53,544 nt of DNA from an uncultured bacterium (GCA_965369435.1 CBDURI010000001.1:1-53544); one strand, 5' to 3'. Numbered from the stretch's first letter, positions 1-9,665 are shown. Notes: generated by a model from the letters alone, not told the origin. A program made the numbers and translations.

Positions 1-294
1 GCGGAACTCTAGGCATTGCGGGCTGCCCTTTTCGAACTCTCGGCAGGTCGTTCCCCGAATCTCGTAGATTTGGCAGGCGTTCACGCTCTCGGGCGTTCCC
101 AGGTGTACACAGGAGCCATCGTCTCGCGTCGCAAACGCCACCATGCCGAAGTGCCCTGGTTGCACGCCCTGTGCGATGTCGTCGCGGCCCATCTGCCGCC
201 AGCGCACCAAGTCGTCGGGTGGAATCAAGATGCGGCCGTCGGTTCCCGTTCGGCAGCAGGCCCCGCAGGCGAGGCAGTCGAGGTCTTCTGGCAT
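1..294 (-). CDS. YkgJ/UPF0153-family CxxCxxCC cysteine-cluster protein, N-terminal 98 aa (C-terminus lies beyond the left edge)
   Basis: Absent from the supplied ORF track because it has no stop inside the window. The reverse complement from ATG (294..292) stays open to position 1. It reads MPEDLDCLACGACCRTGTDGRILIPPDDLVRWRQMGRDDIAQGVQPGHFGMVAFATRDDGSCVHLGTPESVNACQIYEIRGTTCREFEKGSPQCLEFR. The CxxCxxCC start plus the later Cys pattern fits the family signature. The competing + strand ORF 16..363 resembles nothing I recognise. Confidence 0.6.
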   Translation of the reverse strand, partial: MPEDLDCLACGACCRTGTDGRILIPPDDLVRWRQMGRDDIAQGVQPGHFGMVAFATRDDGSCVHLGTPESVNACQIYEIRGTTCREFEKGSPQCLEFR

Positions 295-371
295 CCGTTG
301 GGGAGTATGCCGTGCAGGGGAGTGGGCGCACGTGGTGGACTTTGCGTGGCAGCCGTGATCTAGTGCGCCGG

Positions 372-866
372 ATGTGGAAAGTGGCGATTTGCGCGACCGC
401 GCTGCTGTGGGGCTGCACTGGGAAGGAGCGGCGGCTCGAGGTGGAGTTACCTAAAGTGCCACCCGATACGGTCGTCGTCTCTTGGAGCTTGATCAGTCGC
501 AGCTCGGACCGAGACAGTCTGCACGCGGTGCTCGATGCGACTCGACAGTTGAAGGTGACTAACAAGGCCCCCGACGGAACGATGATGAGCATCGCCCGCA
601 CGGTTTCCGAGAAGGACTACGCGGCGTTGGTGGCGACTCTTCGCGCGCTCGACTGCTGTTCCCTGCAGTCCACCAACAAAGAGCGCCCGCGTCCGGGTGA
701 GGCCAAGCCCCAGCTCGAAATCAATTTCGGAGACATGCAGTGTGAGATCGCCCTTTGGGACAGCGAGTGGCGTGAAGGGCTTGCAAGGCAGTGCGGGTTC
801 GCCGTTGCGCGACTCCATGGCAGTGGCTTTGTGCCCGATGCGCCGGTCGACGAGTCGTCACCGTAG
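372..866 (+). CDS. putative lipoprotein, function unknown
   Basis: ORF 171..866 trimmed to ATG 372. MWKVAICATALLWGC is a short hydrophobic signal ending in a lipobox-like LWGC. The rest is hydrophilic and no family was recognised. Confidence 0.5.
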   Translation: MWKVAICATALLWGCTGKERRLEVELPKVPPDTVVVSWSLISRSSDRDSLHAVLDATRQLKVTNKAPDGTMMSIARTVSEKDYAALVATLRALDCCSLQSTNKERPRPGEAKPQLEINFGDMQCEIALWDSEWREGLARQCGFAVARLHGSGFVPDAPVDESSP

Positions 867-883
867 CCGTATGCTCGCACGCA

Positions 884-2464
884 ATGTCCACGAAGTATTT
901 TTGCGCGCACTGCGATGAGGAGTTCGTCCCGGAGGATGCGGGAGACAGGCCACGTTGCCCTCAGTGCATGCGAAGGGGCGGCGTCGAGCCCGTGAAAGAA
1001 GTTGCGTCCGAGAGTAGTGCGAGTCGCCCGTGGCTTCTCATGGTTGCGCTAATCCTCGTAGCTGCGGGGGTTGGTTACGGGGTGTACCGGACTACGACGG
1101 TCACGCTTCAAGACACGCCCCCGCTTCGTCCGCTCGAACCACGTGAGCTTTCGGCCTATCTCGACCGCGACCAAATTCGGGTGGGCGCGTACGAGCCGAT
1201 GATGATGCTCCCCGACGATGTCGCCGGGTGGCCCGGGGGCGCGGCGGAAATTGCAGCGCGGATGCACGGCGAGTCGTCGTCATGGTCGCTCTCGCGGCCG
1301 CTGCCTCGCGAGGTGCTCACCGTCGATCAGACCTTTGCCCTGATGGACTCGCACGAGGACCGGGTGAAGCTGTACCCGCTCGAGGTGGCGGCGGCCATGA
1401 CCGCTCTGCTCCGGGAGCGCGGGACGAAGGCCATGGTCGCAGAGGTCTGGGAGTTCGAGGGGGCGCGCGCGCCTGCCGACCCGTCGGGCATGTTGGGATA
1501 CTTCGTGACGGCCGTGTACGATGGCGCCGATTCGGCGGAGCCCTCCAGGTACTTCGACGGCTGGGGAGGTCGCGGGGAAGTGACGGTTTCGTCGGTTCGC
1601 GTGCTTCGGGACACCGAGGTCTTGGCCGCTGCCATTGGGACCGAGGCCAACCGCATCTTCGCGCGCTCGGGAGATGCGGTGAAGGCGCTGTCGATGGTCG
1701 AAACAGGGCTGCTGCTCGATCCGGTGTCGCCTTCGTTGCGCGCGGTGAACGGGACGATCCTCGTCGACTCCGGCGGAGTCAGCGAGGCCGTGAAGGAGTT
1801 TGAGGCGGCGCTTCAACTCCGCACCGACGGGCCGCGTCAACTCAACTTGGTGCAACTCTACCTGGCTCAAGCTGGGATGCTCGAGATGAACGGACAGCAG
1901 GCTGCGGCCGAAGCGCAGTTCGGCGAGGCCAATCGCACCGTCGACGAGGTGATCGAAAAGTGGCCGCGCTACGGTCACGCCCATGTGGTGTTGGCGACGA
2001 TCTACTTGGGGTTGAGTGAGCCGGAACGAGCCGGGGTGGAACTGGAGGCGGCGGAGGCGCTCAACCCGGACGCGCCGCTGCTTTGGGCCGTCCGGGCGCA
2101 ATACCATCTTGCCCAAAGTGACCCGGCCGCCGCGGCAGCCAGTATGAAACGTGCAGTCGATCTCGATCCCGACAACTGGCAGCTGCGGCTTCAGGCCGCG
2201 CGCGTCTTACAAGGCGTGGGCGATGACGAGGCCGCGGTGCAGAACGTGGATGCCGCCTTGCAGCTCGTGACGCCTGCCAAACGCCCCGACGTGCGGCGGT
2301 TCGTAGAGCGGATGATGGGGCCGGAAGCGCTGGATTTGTCGGAGCCGAGCACGCCAGCTTCGCCGCAGCCGGCTTCAGGCGAGCCGGCCTTGATGCTTGG
2401 CGATCCGTCGAACCTGCATCTGCGCGACCCAGGACAGGGCCTGCAACTCGACCTCGACGAGTAG
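884..2464 (+). CDS. zinc-ribbon / single-TM / transglutaminase-core-like / TPR-repeat protein
   Basis: ORF 791..2464 trimmed to ATG 884. MSTKYFCAHCDEEF..RCPQC is a 4-Cys ribbon, and PWLLMVALILVAAGVGYGVY is a TM helix. The segment KLYPLEVAAAMTALLRERGTKAMVA..GYFVTAVYDG..YFDGWG resembles a transglutaminase core. The C-terminal half has TPR-like repeats (LEAAEALNPDAP, MKRAVDLDPDNW). Confidence 0.75.
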   Translation: MSTKYFCAHCDEEFVPEDAGDRPRCPQCMRRGGVEPVKEVASESSASRPWLLMVALILVAAGVGYGVYRTTTVTLQDTPPLRPLEPRELSAYLDRDQIRVGAYEPMMMLPDDVAGWPGGAAEIAARMHGESSSWSLSRPLPREVLTVDQTFALMDSHEDRVKLYPLEVAAAMTALLRERGTKAMVAEVWEFEGARAPADPSGMLGYFVTAVYDGADSAEPSRYFDGWGGRGEVTVSSVRVLRDTEVLAAAIGTEANRIFARSGDAVKALSMVETGLLLDPVSPSLRAVNGTILVDSGGVSEAVKEFEAALQLRTDGPRQLNLVQLYLAQAGMLEMNGQQAAAEAQFGEANRTVDEVIEKWPRYGHAHVVLATIYLGLSEPERAGVELEAAEALNPDAPLLWAVRAQYHLAQSDPAAAAASMKRAVDLDPDNWQLRLQAARVLQGVGDDEAAVQNVDAALQLVTPAKRPDVRRFVERMMGPEALDLSEPSTPASPQPASGEPALMLGDPSNLHLRDPGQGLQLDLDE

Positions 2465-2468
2465 AGGC

Positions 2469-3101
2469 TCAGGGCTGTGGCGGTTGATCCACGCGGTCGA
2501 TACCGCTCACCGACAAGATCCGCTGCCAAAGCGCGTCCCGGCCATCGCCGAGAACTGCGCTGTAGGGAATGACGGGGCGCTTGATGTCCCGTTTGAGGGC
2601 GGCGATCGCCGGCTTGCGCTTGTTCGAGGCGAGTTTGTCTATTTTGGTGGCCACCAGAATCGGTGTGACGTCGACACTTTCGAGGAACTCGAGGAGCTGA
2701 AGGTCATCGTCCTGCACGCCGCGCCGAATGTCGACGATGACCACCGCGCCCCGCAGCCCTGCTCGCTCACTGAGGAATCCTTCGATCAACGGTCCCCACG
2801 ACTTGCGCTCGGCTTTGCTCCGTTGCGCGTAGCCGTACCCGGGCAAGTCCACGAGGTCGAGGTGCGCCTCGTCTGCTTGTTCGTCTTGGGTCCGGAGACG
2901 CACCCGGAAGATATTGATCGCGCGCGTGCAGCCCGGGGCGCTGCTCGTTCGTACGAGCTTCTTGCGTTGGACGAGGTTGTTGATGAGGCTCGACTTGCCA
3001 ACGTTCGACCGGCCGGCGAACGCGACTTCGGCGAAAGTCGGCGCCGGCAGTTGTCCGAGCACGGTCGCTCCCGCGACAAATTCTGCGTCGAGCACGTTCA
3101 T
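2469..3101 (-). CDS. engB: ribosome-biogenesis GTPase EngB/YihA/YsxC
   Basis: 210-aa ORF with G1 motif AFAGRSNVGKSSLIN, DLPGYG (G3) and TKIDK (G4). Size and layout are typical of YihA. Confidence 0.9.
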   Translation of the reverse strand: MNVLDAEFVAGATVLGQLPAPTFAEVAFAGRSNVGKSSLINNLVQRKKLVRTSSAPGCTRAINIFRVRLRTQDEQADEAHLDLVDLPGYGYAQRSKAERKSWGPLIEGFLSERAGLRGAVVIVDIRRGVQDDDLQLLEFLESVDVTPILVATKIDKLASNKRKPAIAALKRDIKRPVIPYSAVLGDGRDALWQRILSVSGIDRVDQPPQP

Positions 3102-3128
3102 CGGGGCCGTTGTAGCGCCCCTGGCCGC

Positions 3129-4721
3129 TCACGCACGCACGCGGCGCTGAATGGCCGCCCGGAGGTCTCGAAGCTCGGGTGACCCGAGGGCCGCGGCCAC
3201 CGCGAGGTACGTCCCGAGCCCGACCAGCACGGTCACAGCGAATACGGCCAGGTTACGGGGATCGTTGCCGCCCTTCTCCCAATGTCCGAAACGGGCGCCA
3301 GCCCAGACGACTCCGCCCATCACGCCGCTGGCGACCAATACGCGAAGGGCGCTCGAGCGAACTTCAGCCATGCCGAGATCGCCGGACCTTTTCCGAAGGA
3401 GCCACAGCAGCGCAACCAGCTGGGTCACTGCGGCGGCAGTCGTCGCCGCAGCAAGGCCGGCGTGCTGCATCGGACCCATCAGAGCGAGGCTGAGGCCGAC
3501 GAAGACGACGAGGTTGAAGGCGCTCGCGATGACCGGGGTTCGCGTGTCGTTGTGCGCGTGGAACATGGGCACGATGGTGCGCACCGACGCGACTGCCCAA
3601 ATGCCGGACGCCTGCCACACCAACGAGCGTGTGGTTTCATGGATCGCGGCGGCGTCGTAGTGCCCGCGCCCGAAGAACACTGTCGCCGCCGGCTCCGCGA
3701 GCACTACCAAAGCGACCGTCGCTGGCACTGCGACAAACAGTGAAAGCCGAAGCGCGTGGCGGAAGAGGCGCTTGGCTTCCTCTTCGTCGCCCTTGGCCAC
3801 GGCATCACTCAAGGAGGGAAGGGCGGCGGAGGCGATCGCCAGCGCAAACATCCCCTGCGGAATCTCGGCCAGCCGCTGACCGTAGTAGAGGTAGCTCACG
3901 CTCCCGGTGGGCAGAAAGGATGCGAAGAGCCGCGAGAGGAGCACGTTGAGCTGATAGACGCCGAGCCCCGCCATCAACGGCACCATGAGTCGGGCGCACT
4001 TGCGCACGTAGATGTCGCGGAAACCGACGCGTGGCCGGATAATCAGCTTCTCTTTGGCGAGCGACGGGAGCTGCGCGACGATCTGTAGAGCTCCGCCGAG
4101 AAGGGCGCCGATCGCGAGCGCGAAGATTGCGGGCCAACCGAACTCGACGAACATCGGAGCAAGAAGCAGGGCAGCCCCGATGAGGCAGATGTTGAGCCAC
4201 ATCGGAGCGAAGGCCGGTGCTGCAAACCGCTTGCTCGCGTACAAAGCGCCCATCATGAGGGCCGAGATCCCCATCAGGAAGATGTACGGAAACAGGAGAC
4301 GCGTGAGAGCAACCGTGGTTTCAAACAATGCTTCGTCGCGCTGAAAGCCCCACGCGTACCCTTTGACGAGCCAGGGGGCGCCCGCGACCCCGGCGACAGT
4401 GACCACCAGCAGAACCACGGCCATCGCACCGACGAGATTCCGGTAAAACTCCTTGGCGCGCGCCATGCCTTCGCGTTCGCGCACCTCCGTGAACACGGGG
4501 ACAAAGGCCGCCGAGACCGCGCCTTCGCCTAGCAGCACGCGCAGAGCGTTCGGGATGGTGAATGCGAGCCAGAACGCATCGGTAGCCCCGAGGGCAAACA
4601 CAGCCGCAACGACGGCATCCCGAACCGCGCCGAGAATTCGTGACGTCAGGGTGCCCGTAGCCACCACACCGGCGCGGCGAACGATCTCACCGCCGGAGGT
4701 CTTAGCTGGCTTCGTGGACAT
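3129..4721 (-). CDS. murJ: lipid II flippase MurJ (MviN)
   Basis: Polytopic membrane ORF. The N-terminus GTLTSRILGAVRDAVVAAVFALGATDAFWLAFTIPNALRVLLGEGAVSAAFVPVF is the conserved MurJ signature. Start is set at ATG 4721 (MSTKPAK); GTG 4739 is also possible. Confidence 0.9.
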   Translation of the reverse strand: MSTKPAKTSGGEIVRRAGVVATGTLTSRILGAVRDAVVAAVFALGATDAFWLAFTIPNALRVLLGEGAVSAAFVPVFTEVREREGMARAKEFYRNLVGAMAVVLLVVTVAGVAGAPWLVKGYAWGFQRDEALFETTVALTRLLFPYIFLMGISALMMGALYASKRFAAPAFAPMWLNICLIGAALLLAPMFVEFGWPAIFALAIGALLGGALQIVAQLPSLAKEKLIIRPRVGFRDIYVRKCARLMVPLMAGLGVYQLNVLLSRLFASFLPTGSVSYLYYGQRLAEIPQGMFALAIASAALPSLSDAVAKGDEEEAKRLFRHALRLSLFVAVPATVALVVLAEPAATVFFGRGHYDAAAIHETTRSLVWQASGIWAVASVRTIVPMFHAHNDTRTPVIASAFNLVVFVGLSLALMGPMQHAGLAAATTAAAVTQLVALLWLLRKRSGDLGMAEVRSSALRVLVASGVMGGVVWAGARFGHWEKGGNDPRNLAVFAVTVLVGLGTYLAVAAALGSPELRDLRAAIQRRVRA

Positions 4722-4772
4722 CGGCGGAAGGATGCGCACGAGGCGCCGATCCCGGCAAGAAAGGAGGGCCGA

Positions 4773-5633
4773 TCAGCTCGGGCTCAATAGCCCCTGCAGT
4801 TGAGCGATTTCTATCGTGTATGAGGTGCCGCAATAGTCGCAGCCGATGCTCAGGGGTTCTCCTTCGTCGACGAGCTCTTGGACCTCCGAGCGTGGGAGCA
4901 CGCTGAGCGTCGTCATCACACGGAGCTCGCTGCACTGACAGTCGAAACGAATGTCGCTGGTTTGTAACCAGGTGAACGGCATGCCTTCGAAGATCTGCTC
5001 GATCAGTTGGGACGGCGAGCCGTCGGACTCCTGGAGACGTTCTCGAATCTCGACGAAGTCTTCGAGACGACGGGTCATCGTTGCCATGGCGGTCTCCGCC
5101 TCGGCAGCCTCGGGCAGGACCTGCACCACGTAGCCACCCGCCGTGGGGTTGTCTCCCTCGACCACCGAACCCAACGCAATCATCGAGACGATTTGCTCCG
5201 ATAACTGCATGTAACGCATGAAGGCGTCCGAAAGATTCCCGCCCTCGGGCACCTCGACCACGCCGCGGTGTAGCTCGGAGTTCGGGAGCGTCCGCATCAT
5301 TTCGAGCGTCGCTCGGGTTTGGCGGATATCGGGTTGGACGCCGCTCGGGCCCGGCTGCGCTAGCCCGCGAGTCGATCCATCCGGATGTGAGTCAGCGACG
5401 AGCTGGCCGGCGCCTTCCTCGAGTCGCACGATGCACTGGACGCGTAGAGTGGGAGCCATCGTCTCCCGATAGAGAACCGAGGTGGTGACCAGGTCCGCCA
5501 GGTCGTGCGCGACCGGTCCGTTGAGATTCTGTGCGGCGACCACCTTTTGGGCGGTGTTGGTGGTTCGAGTGGCGACGATGCGAAAAGCGCCGTCATTGGT
5601 CATCGCCCGCGTGACCGAGTCATTTTCCGGCAT
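4773..5633 (-). CDS. hslO: redox-regulated chaperone Hsp33
   Basis: Hsp33-length protein with the C-terminal zinc centre CQCS...CDYCG. Start ATG 5633 is preceded by GAGGAA; the ORF track extends to 5669. Confidence 0.9.
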   Translation of the reverse strand: MPENDSVTRAMTNDGAFRIVATRTTNTAQKVVAAQNLNGPVAHDLADLVTTSVLYRETMAPTLRVQCIVRLEEGAGQLVADSHPDGSTRGLAQPGPSGVQPDIRQTRATLEMMRTLPNSELHRGVVEVPEGGNLSDAFMRYMQLSEQIVSMIALGSVVEGDNPTAGGYVVQVLPEAAEAETAMATMTRRLEDFVEIRERLQESDGSPSQLIEQIFEGMPFTWLQTSDIRFDCQCSELRVMTTLSVLPRSEVQELVDEGEPLSIGCDYCGTSYTIEIAQLQGLLSPS

Positions 5634-5696
5634 GTTTCCTCTTGAAGCGCATTGGCGTTCGGTTGGCAAGCGCTAGTCTTGGGCCGGGAGTCGGCA

Positions 5697-6728
5697 ATGA
5701 CAACGCATCAAATCGTGCTCATTCCGGGCGACGGCATCGGCCCGGAGGTCGCCGCCGCCACGGTTCGTGTCCTCGAAGCAGCGCAGGCCCCGCTAGAATG
5801 GGTAGAGCATCACGCGGGGGTTGCCGCGCTCGAGACCCTGGGCGAGGTGCTCCCCGAGCAGACCCTCGATGCCGTGCGAGAGCGAGGCATTGCGCTCAAG
5901 GGGCCGTGCACGACGCCCATCGGCGACGGTTTCACATCGGTCAACGTGCAGCTGCGAAAGCGGCTCGACCTCTACGCCGCCGTTCGGCCCGTCCGGAACC
6001 TGCCGGGGATTCAGACCCGGTATCAGGGTGTCGACTTGGTCGTGATTCGTGAAAACACGGAGGGGCTCTACAGCGGCATCGAGAACGAGATCACTCAGGG
6101 CGTCGTGACGAGTCTCAAAGTCGCCACCGAGCTCGCGTCGACGCGTATCGGCCGCTGGGCCTTTCAGTACGCCCGCGATCGCGGCCGCAAGAAGGTCACC
6201 GTCATGCACAAGGCCAACATCATGAAGCTGACGGATGGGATGTTCATCCGATGTGCGCGCTCCGTTCGAGAGGCCGAGGGCTTCACCGACATCGAGTACG
6301 AGGAAGTCATCATCGATGCCGGCTGCATGAAACTCGTGCAGGACCCAACACAGTTTGATGTGCTCTTGCTAGAGAACCTCTACGGCGATGTTCTCAGCGA
6401 CCTTTGCGCGGGGTTTGTGGGTGGCCTCGGCGTCGTTCCGGGCGCGAACATCGGCACGGATTGCGCGGTGTTCGAAGCGGTGCACGGATCCGCGCCTGAC
6501 ATCGCGGGTAAGGGCGTCGCGAACCCCCTAGCGCTCATCATGTCGGGGGTGATGATGCTGAATCACATCGCCGATACCCGAGGAGACGAGAGTTGCCGCG
6601 CGGCGGCCGGTCGCATCCGGGATGCGTACAATCGGGCGTTGTCCGACGGGCACAAGACCCGAGACCTCGGCGGACAACTCGGGACCGAAGAGTTCGCGTC
6701 CGCCCTGATCGACCGCATCGCGGGCTAG
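5697..6728 (+). CDS. NAD-dependent isocitrate dehydrogenase (isocitrate/isopropylmalate dehydrogenase family)
   Basis: LIPGDGIGPEV, IRENTEGLYSG and NLYGDVLSDLCAGFVGGLGVVPGANIG are hallmarks of beta-decarboxylating dehydrogenases. The 343-aa IDH3-like length fits. ATG 5697 is preceded by GGGAG. Confidence 0.85.
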   Translation: MTTHQIVLIPGDGIGPEVAAATVRVLEAAQAPLEWVEHHAGVAALETLGEVLPEQTLDAVRERGIALKGPCTTPIGDGFTSVNVQLRKRLDLYAAVRPVRNLPGIQTRYQGVDLVVIRENTEGLYSGIENEITQGVVTSLKVATELASTRIGRWAFQYARDRGRKKVTVMHKANIMKLTDGMFIRCARSVREAEGFTDIEYEEVIIDAGCMKLVQDPTQFDVLLLENLYGDVLSDLCAGFVGGLGVVPGANIGTDCAVFEAVHGSAPDIAGKGVANPLALIMSGVMMLNHIADTRGDESCRAAAGRIRDAYNRALSDGHKTRDLGGQLGTEEFASALIDRIAG

Positions 6729-9298
6729 TCGCTCGAGTCCGGCACCCCGCCATCTCCGCCAGCCACGCGAAGGAGCGGCGGCAGAACGATCATCGTTGCC
6801 ACCAGGCAACCACCGATCGTGACGGCGATCAGCTCGCCAAAGTTCCGAACGGGGACGAAGGAGCTCAGCAGCAACACGCTAAAGCCGGCCATCAGCGTCA
6901 CACACGAGATCACGATCGCCCGCCCGGTGCCTTGCGCGGCGCGAATCAACGCGGCTTCGCGGCCGATCCCGGTGTGCATCTCCTCTCGGAAACGCGCGAG
7001 CACGTGAATGGTGCCGTTGACCGCGAGGCCGAGACTGATCGAAAAAATGATGACCGTGGAGACGTTCAGCGGAATCTCGCGCCAAACCATGTAGGCCATC
7101 GTAACGACCAAAGGGATCAAGTTGGGCGGGATACTCAGTAGCCCCAGCCGAATGCTACGGAAGAAGAAAGCCAGGAGCAGGAAGATGACGAGAACGGCGA
7201 CAAACAGGCTTCCGAGCAGATCGTTTACGACGGCGGCTTGCCCTCGCGAGCCCGAATAGGCATCTCCCGTGAATGCCACCGACACTGTCTCGTCGTCCCC
7301 GAACTCTAACTCGATGATCCCTTCGAGGGTGTCGAGGAACCGGATGGTGGCCTGCGCGCCGACGTCTCTGAGCTTGAACTGGACGCGCGCCTTCTGACCA
7401 TCTTCGGTGAGCCAATCGCCCAGCGGGCTGGGTTTGCGCTGGTTCATCATGGTGACGAGGCCCTTGACCTGCTTGGCACTCTTGAAGCTCTCCGACCGAA
7501 CGCTCGGATCGTCGGCGAGCAGTGCGTACGATTCGCGCAGCATGTCGCCGTAACTCGACGTGCGAATGATCTCCGGGCGAAGGGACGCCCAGTTCCGGAT
7601 TCTCTGGATGCTTTGCACCACTTCGGGATCCATGAAGTGGTCCTCTTCGGTGCTGACCAGCACGACCTCGAGCGGCCGGACACCCGCAAGCTTCTCTTCG
7701 AGGAGGAGCGTGGTGGTATAGACCGGGTCGCTTTCATCGAACTGATCGAGCAGCGCATGGTCGACCGTGATTTGGCTAGCGACATAGCCTGCGCCCAGCG
7801 TGAACAGAGCGGTCGCGACCAGTACGGCCCAGCGCCACCGAAGCAGTCGCTCCACCAGGGTGTTCGTCACGGTGGTGAACATGCTCGTGCGTTCTCGGCG
7901 GACCTCTTCGCGCTTGGGCGGACTGGACCGGGTGAGAATCGCTGGGACGAACGTGATGATGACGACGTACGAGATCATCACGCCGAGGGCGGAGACGATT
8001 CCGAAGTGTCGCAGCATCACTGTCTTCGACACGACGAGCGACGCCAGACCGGCCGCCGTCGTAGCTGAGGTGAGCATGACGGCCACCGCGAGCGCGGTTA
8101 CGGTGCGTCTCCCGGCCGCAGCGAGGTCGCCGTCTTCATCGGCGCACACCTCATCGCGATAGCGCTGAATTAAATGGGTCGCATCGCTGATGCCTATGAT
8201 GATCAGCAAGGGCACGATGACGTTGTTGAGGATGTTCATGGGTTCGCCGACGAGCCCCATGCCCCCGACCACCACGATCGCGGTGATTCCCACTGCCCCA
8301 AGCGGAAGCAGGACACCCGGCGCCCAGCGGAACGACAAGGTCAGCAGGAGCAAACAAACCAAGACGGTCAGTGGAATGAGGCGCAGATTGTCGGAGCGCA
8401 TCTTGCTCACGATGACGCTGCGGAGGTAGGGTAGGCCGCCCACGTGCACTTTGATGCCTTCGAACTCGGGGCGGTCCAACCCCTCGCGGAGCTCGTCCAT
8501 CGCCCGGCCCATCTCGCGTGGCCCGAGCTCGGGTAGCTGAAGGGCAATGCCAGCCACGGTGTGGTCCTCGTCGATCAGCCGACCCAGCAGGAGTGGATTG
8601 CCGGCGATCGCCTTGGCGAGCTCGGCGGCCTCTTCTTCCGTCACCTCGGTGCCCTCGACGATCGGCTTCGTCCGGAGCTCCGCGGAAAGAGCGGGGCCTA
8701 CCTCGGCGATGCCGCCCGGGAAGCGATCGGGATCGCTTTCGATGATGTCGAGGAGGGCGTTGAACACATCATCCTCGAGATCGCCCTGGGCGTCGGTCTC
8801 GTCTTCGGCATCATCGAGGGCGTCCAGGTCATCGAGGTCATCGAGGTCATCGAGGTCACCTGCGTCGTCCGGCCCGCCGACTTCTTCGAGTCCCCCGAGG
8901 TCCCCAGGATCGACGTCGCCTGTGGCCCCTTTGACTCGCCGCGGAATGCTGAGCGTCGTGATCCCAACGACCCTCTCCACCCAGGGTCTCTCGGCGAAGT
9001 AGAGCGAGACATCGTGAATTTGTTGGAGCGTTTGCCGGGACAGGACGTCCTCTGCCTCGACCAGGATGAGAACCGCGGTGCGCCGCTTGCCGAACCACTC
9101 CTCGAAGTGCTGTTGCAGGAGCGCGTATTCCTCACCCTCGAAGGAGGAAAGGAGGCTTTCCGGGTTCGGATCGGCGGTCAGTTTGGGGATCTGGGTCGCA
9201 AACGCGAGGGTCACCAGAACCGAGCCCCAAACCACGAGCTTCCATCGCTCGGTCACGAGCCTAGCAAGCCAATTCAGCGTTTCCTGGCGTCGAGACAC
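6725..9298 (-). CDS. RND-superfamily (MMPL/SSD-type) membrane transporter with an acidic periplasmic insert
   Basis: 857-aa ORF with two multi-TM bundles, each preceded by a large soluble loop. This is the typical 12-TM RND/MMPL layout. Substrate is unknown. Confidence 0.85.
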   Translation of the reverse strand: MSRRQETLNWLARLVTERWKLVVWGSVLVTLAFATQIPKLTADPNPESLLSSFEGEEYALLQQHFEEWFGKRRTAVLILVEAEDVLSRQTLQQIHDVSLYFAERPWVERVVGITTLSIPRRVKGATGDVDPGDLGGLEEVGGPDDAGDLDDLDDLDDLDALDDAEDETDAQGDLEDDVFNALLDIIESDPDRFPGGIAEVGPALSAELRTKPIVEGTEVTEEEAAELAKAIAGNPLLLGRLIDEDHTVAGIALQLPELGPREMGRAMDELREGLDRPEFEGIKVHVGGLPYLRSVIVSKMRSDNLRLIPLTVLVCLLLLTLSFRWAPGVLLPLGAVGITAIVVVGGMGLVGEPMNILNNVIVPLLIIIGISDATHLIQRYRDEVCADEDGDLAAAGRRTVTALAVAVMLTSATTAAGLASLVVSKTVMLRHFGIVSALGVMISYVVIITFVPAILTRSSPPKREEVRRERTSMFTTVTNTLVERLLRWRWAVLVATALFTLGAGYVASQITVDHALLDQFDESDPVYTTTLLLEEKLAGVRPLEVVLVSTEEDHFMDPEVVQSIQRIRNWASLRPEIIRTSSYGDMLRESYALLADDPSVRSESFKSAKQVKGLVTMMNQRKPSPLGDWLTEDGQKARVQFKLRDVGAQATIRFLDTLEGIIELEFGDDETVSVAFTGDAYSGSRGQAAVVNDLLGSLFVAVLVIFLLLAFFFRSIRLGLLSIPPNLIPLVVTMAYMVWREIPLNVSTVIIFSISLGLAVNGTIHVLARFREEMHTGIGREAALIRAAQGTGRAIVISCVTLMAGFSVLLLSSFVPVRNFGELIAVTIGGCLVATMIVLPPLLRVAGGDGGVPDSSD
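8826..8859. repeat. tandem 9-nt repeat (AGGTCATCG x3.8) inside the RND gene, encoding (DLD)n
   Basis: Read directly: aggtcatcg aggtcatcg aggtcatcg aggtcac. On the minus strand it encodes DLDDLDDLDDLD. Confidence 0.9.
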
Positions 9299-9404
9299 GA
9301 GCGTGTATGCCTGTTGGGAGCGAGACTGGCAAGGTTCTTGTGACCGGCTTGACAGCTCTCCCGGGCAGGGCTACCACCCGCGTCCCTACGGGGAGGATAT
9401 CAGA

Positions 9405-9665
9405 GTGGCCAACCACGCTTCAGCAAAAAAGCGAGTCCGTCAGACAGTCAAGCGCACCGCGCGCAATCGGCACATCAGCACCTACGTGCGCACCTGTGTC
9501 AAGCGCGTCCGCGCCGCCGTCGAGGCGGGCGATTCCGCCTCCGCGAAGAAGGCGCTCATCGAAGCCGTGACCCGAATCGACGGGGCGGTTTCGAAGGGCA
9601 TTTTCCACCGCAAGACCGGCTCGCGCTACATTTCCAGGCTGACCCGCCAGGTCAACGCGCTCTAG
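9405..9665 (+). CDS. rpsT: 30S ribosomal protein S20
   Basis: GTG 9405 is preceded by GGGAGGA. ANHASAKKRVRQTVKRTARNRH... is the canonical S20 N-terminus. Length is 86 aa. Confidence 0.9.
   Translation: MANHASAKKRVRQTVKRTARNRHISTYVRTCVKRVRAAVEAGDSASAKKALIEAVTRIDGAVSKGIFHRKTGSRYISRLTRQVNAL

Noticed and set aside
16-363. Plus-strand ORFs 16..363, 143..358 and the 5' part of 171..866 at the left edge.
   Set aside because: No recognisable family, and Arg/Gly/Ala-rich composition typical of off-frame high-GC translation. The opposite strand gives a clean YkgJ-type CxxCxxCC protein over the same bases.
9349-9377. Exact TTGACA (9349-9354) 17 nt upstream of TACCAC, about 30 nt before the rpsT start, as a sigma-70-type promoter.
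   Set aside because: The -10 matches only 3/6 of TATAAT, and promoter consensus in this lineage is uncertain. It cannot be supported without TSS data.
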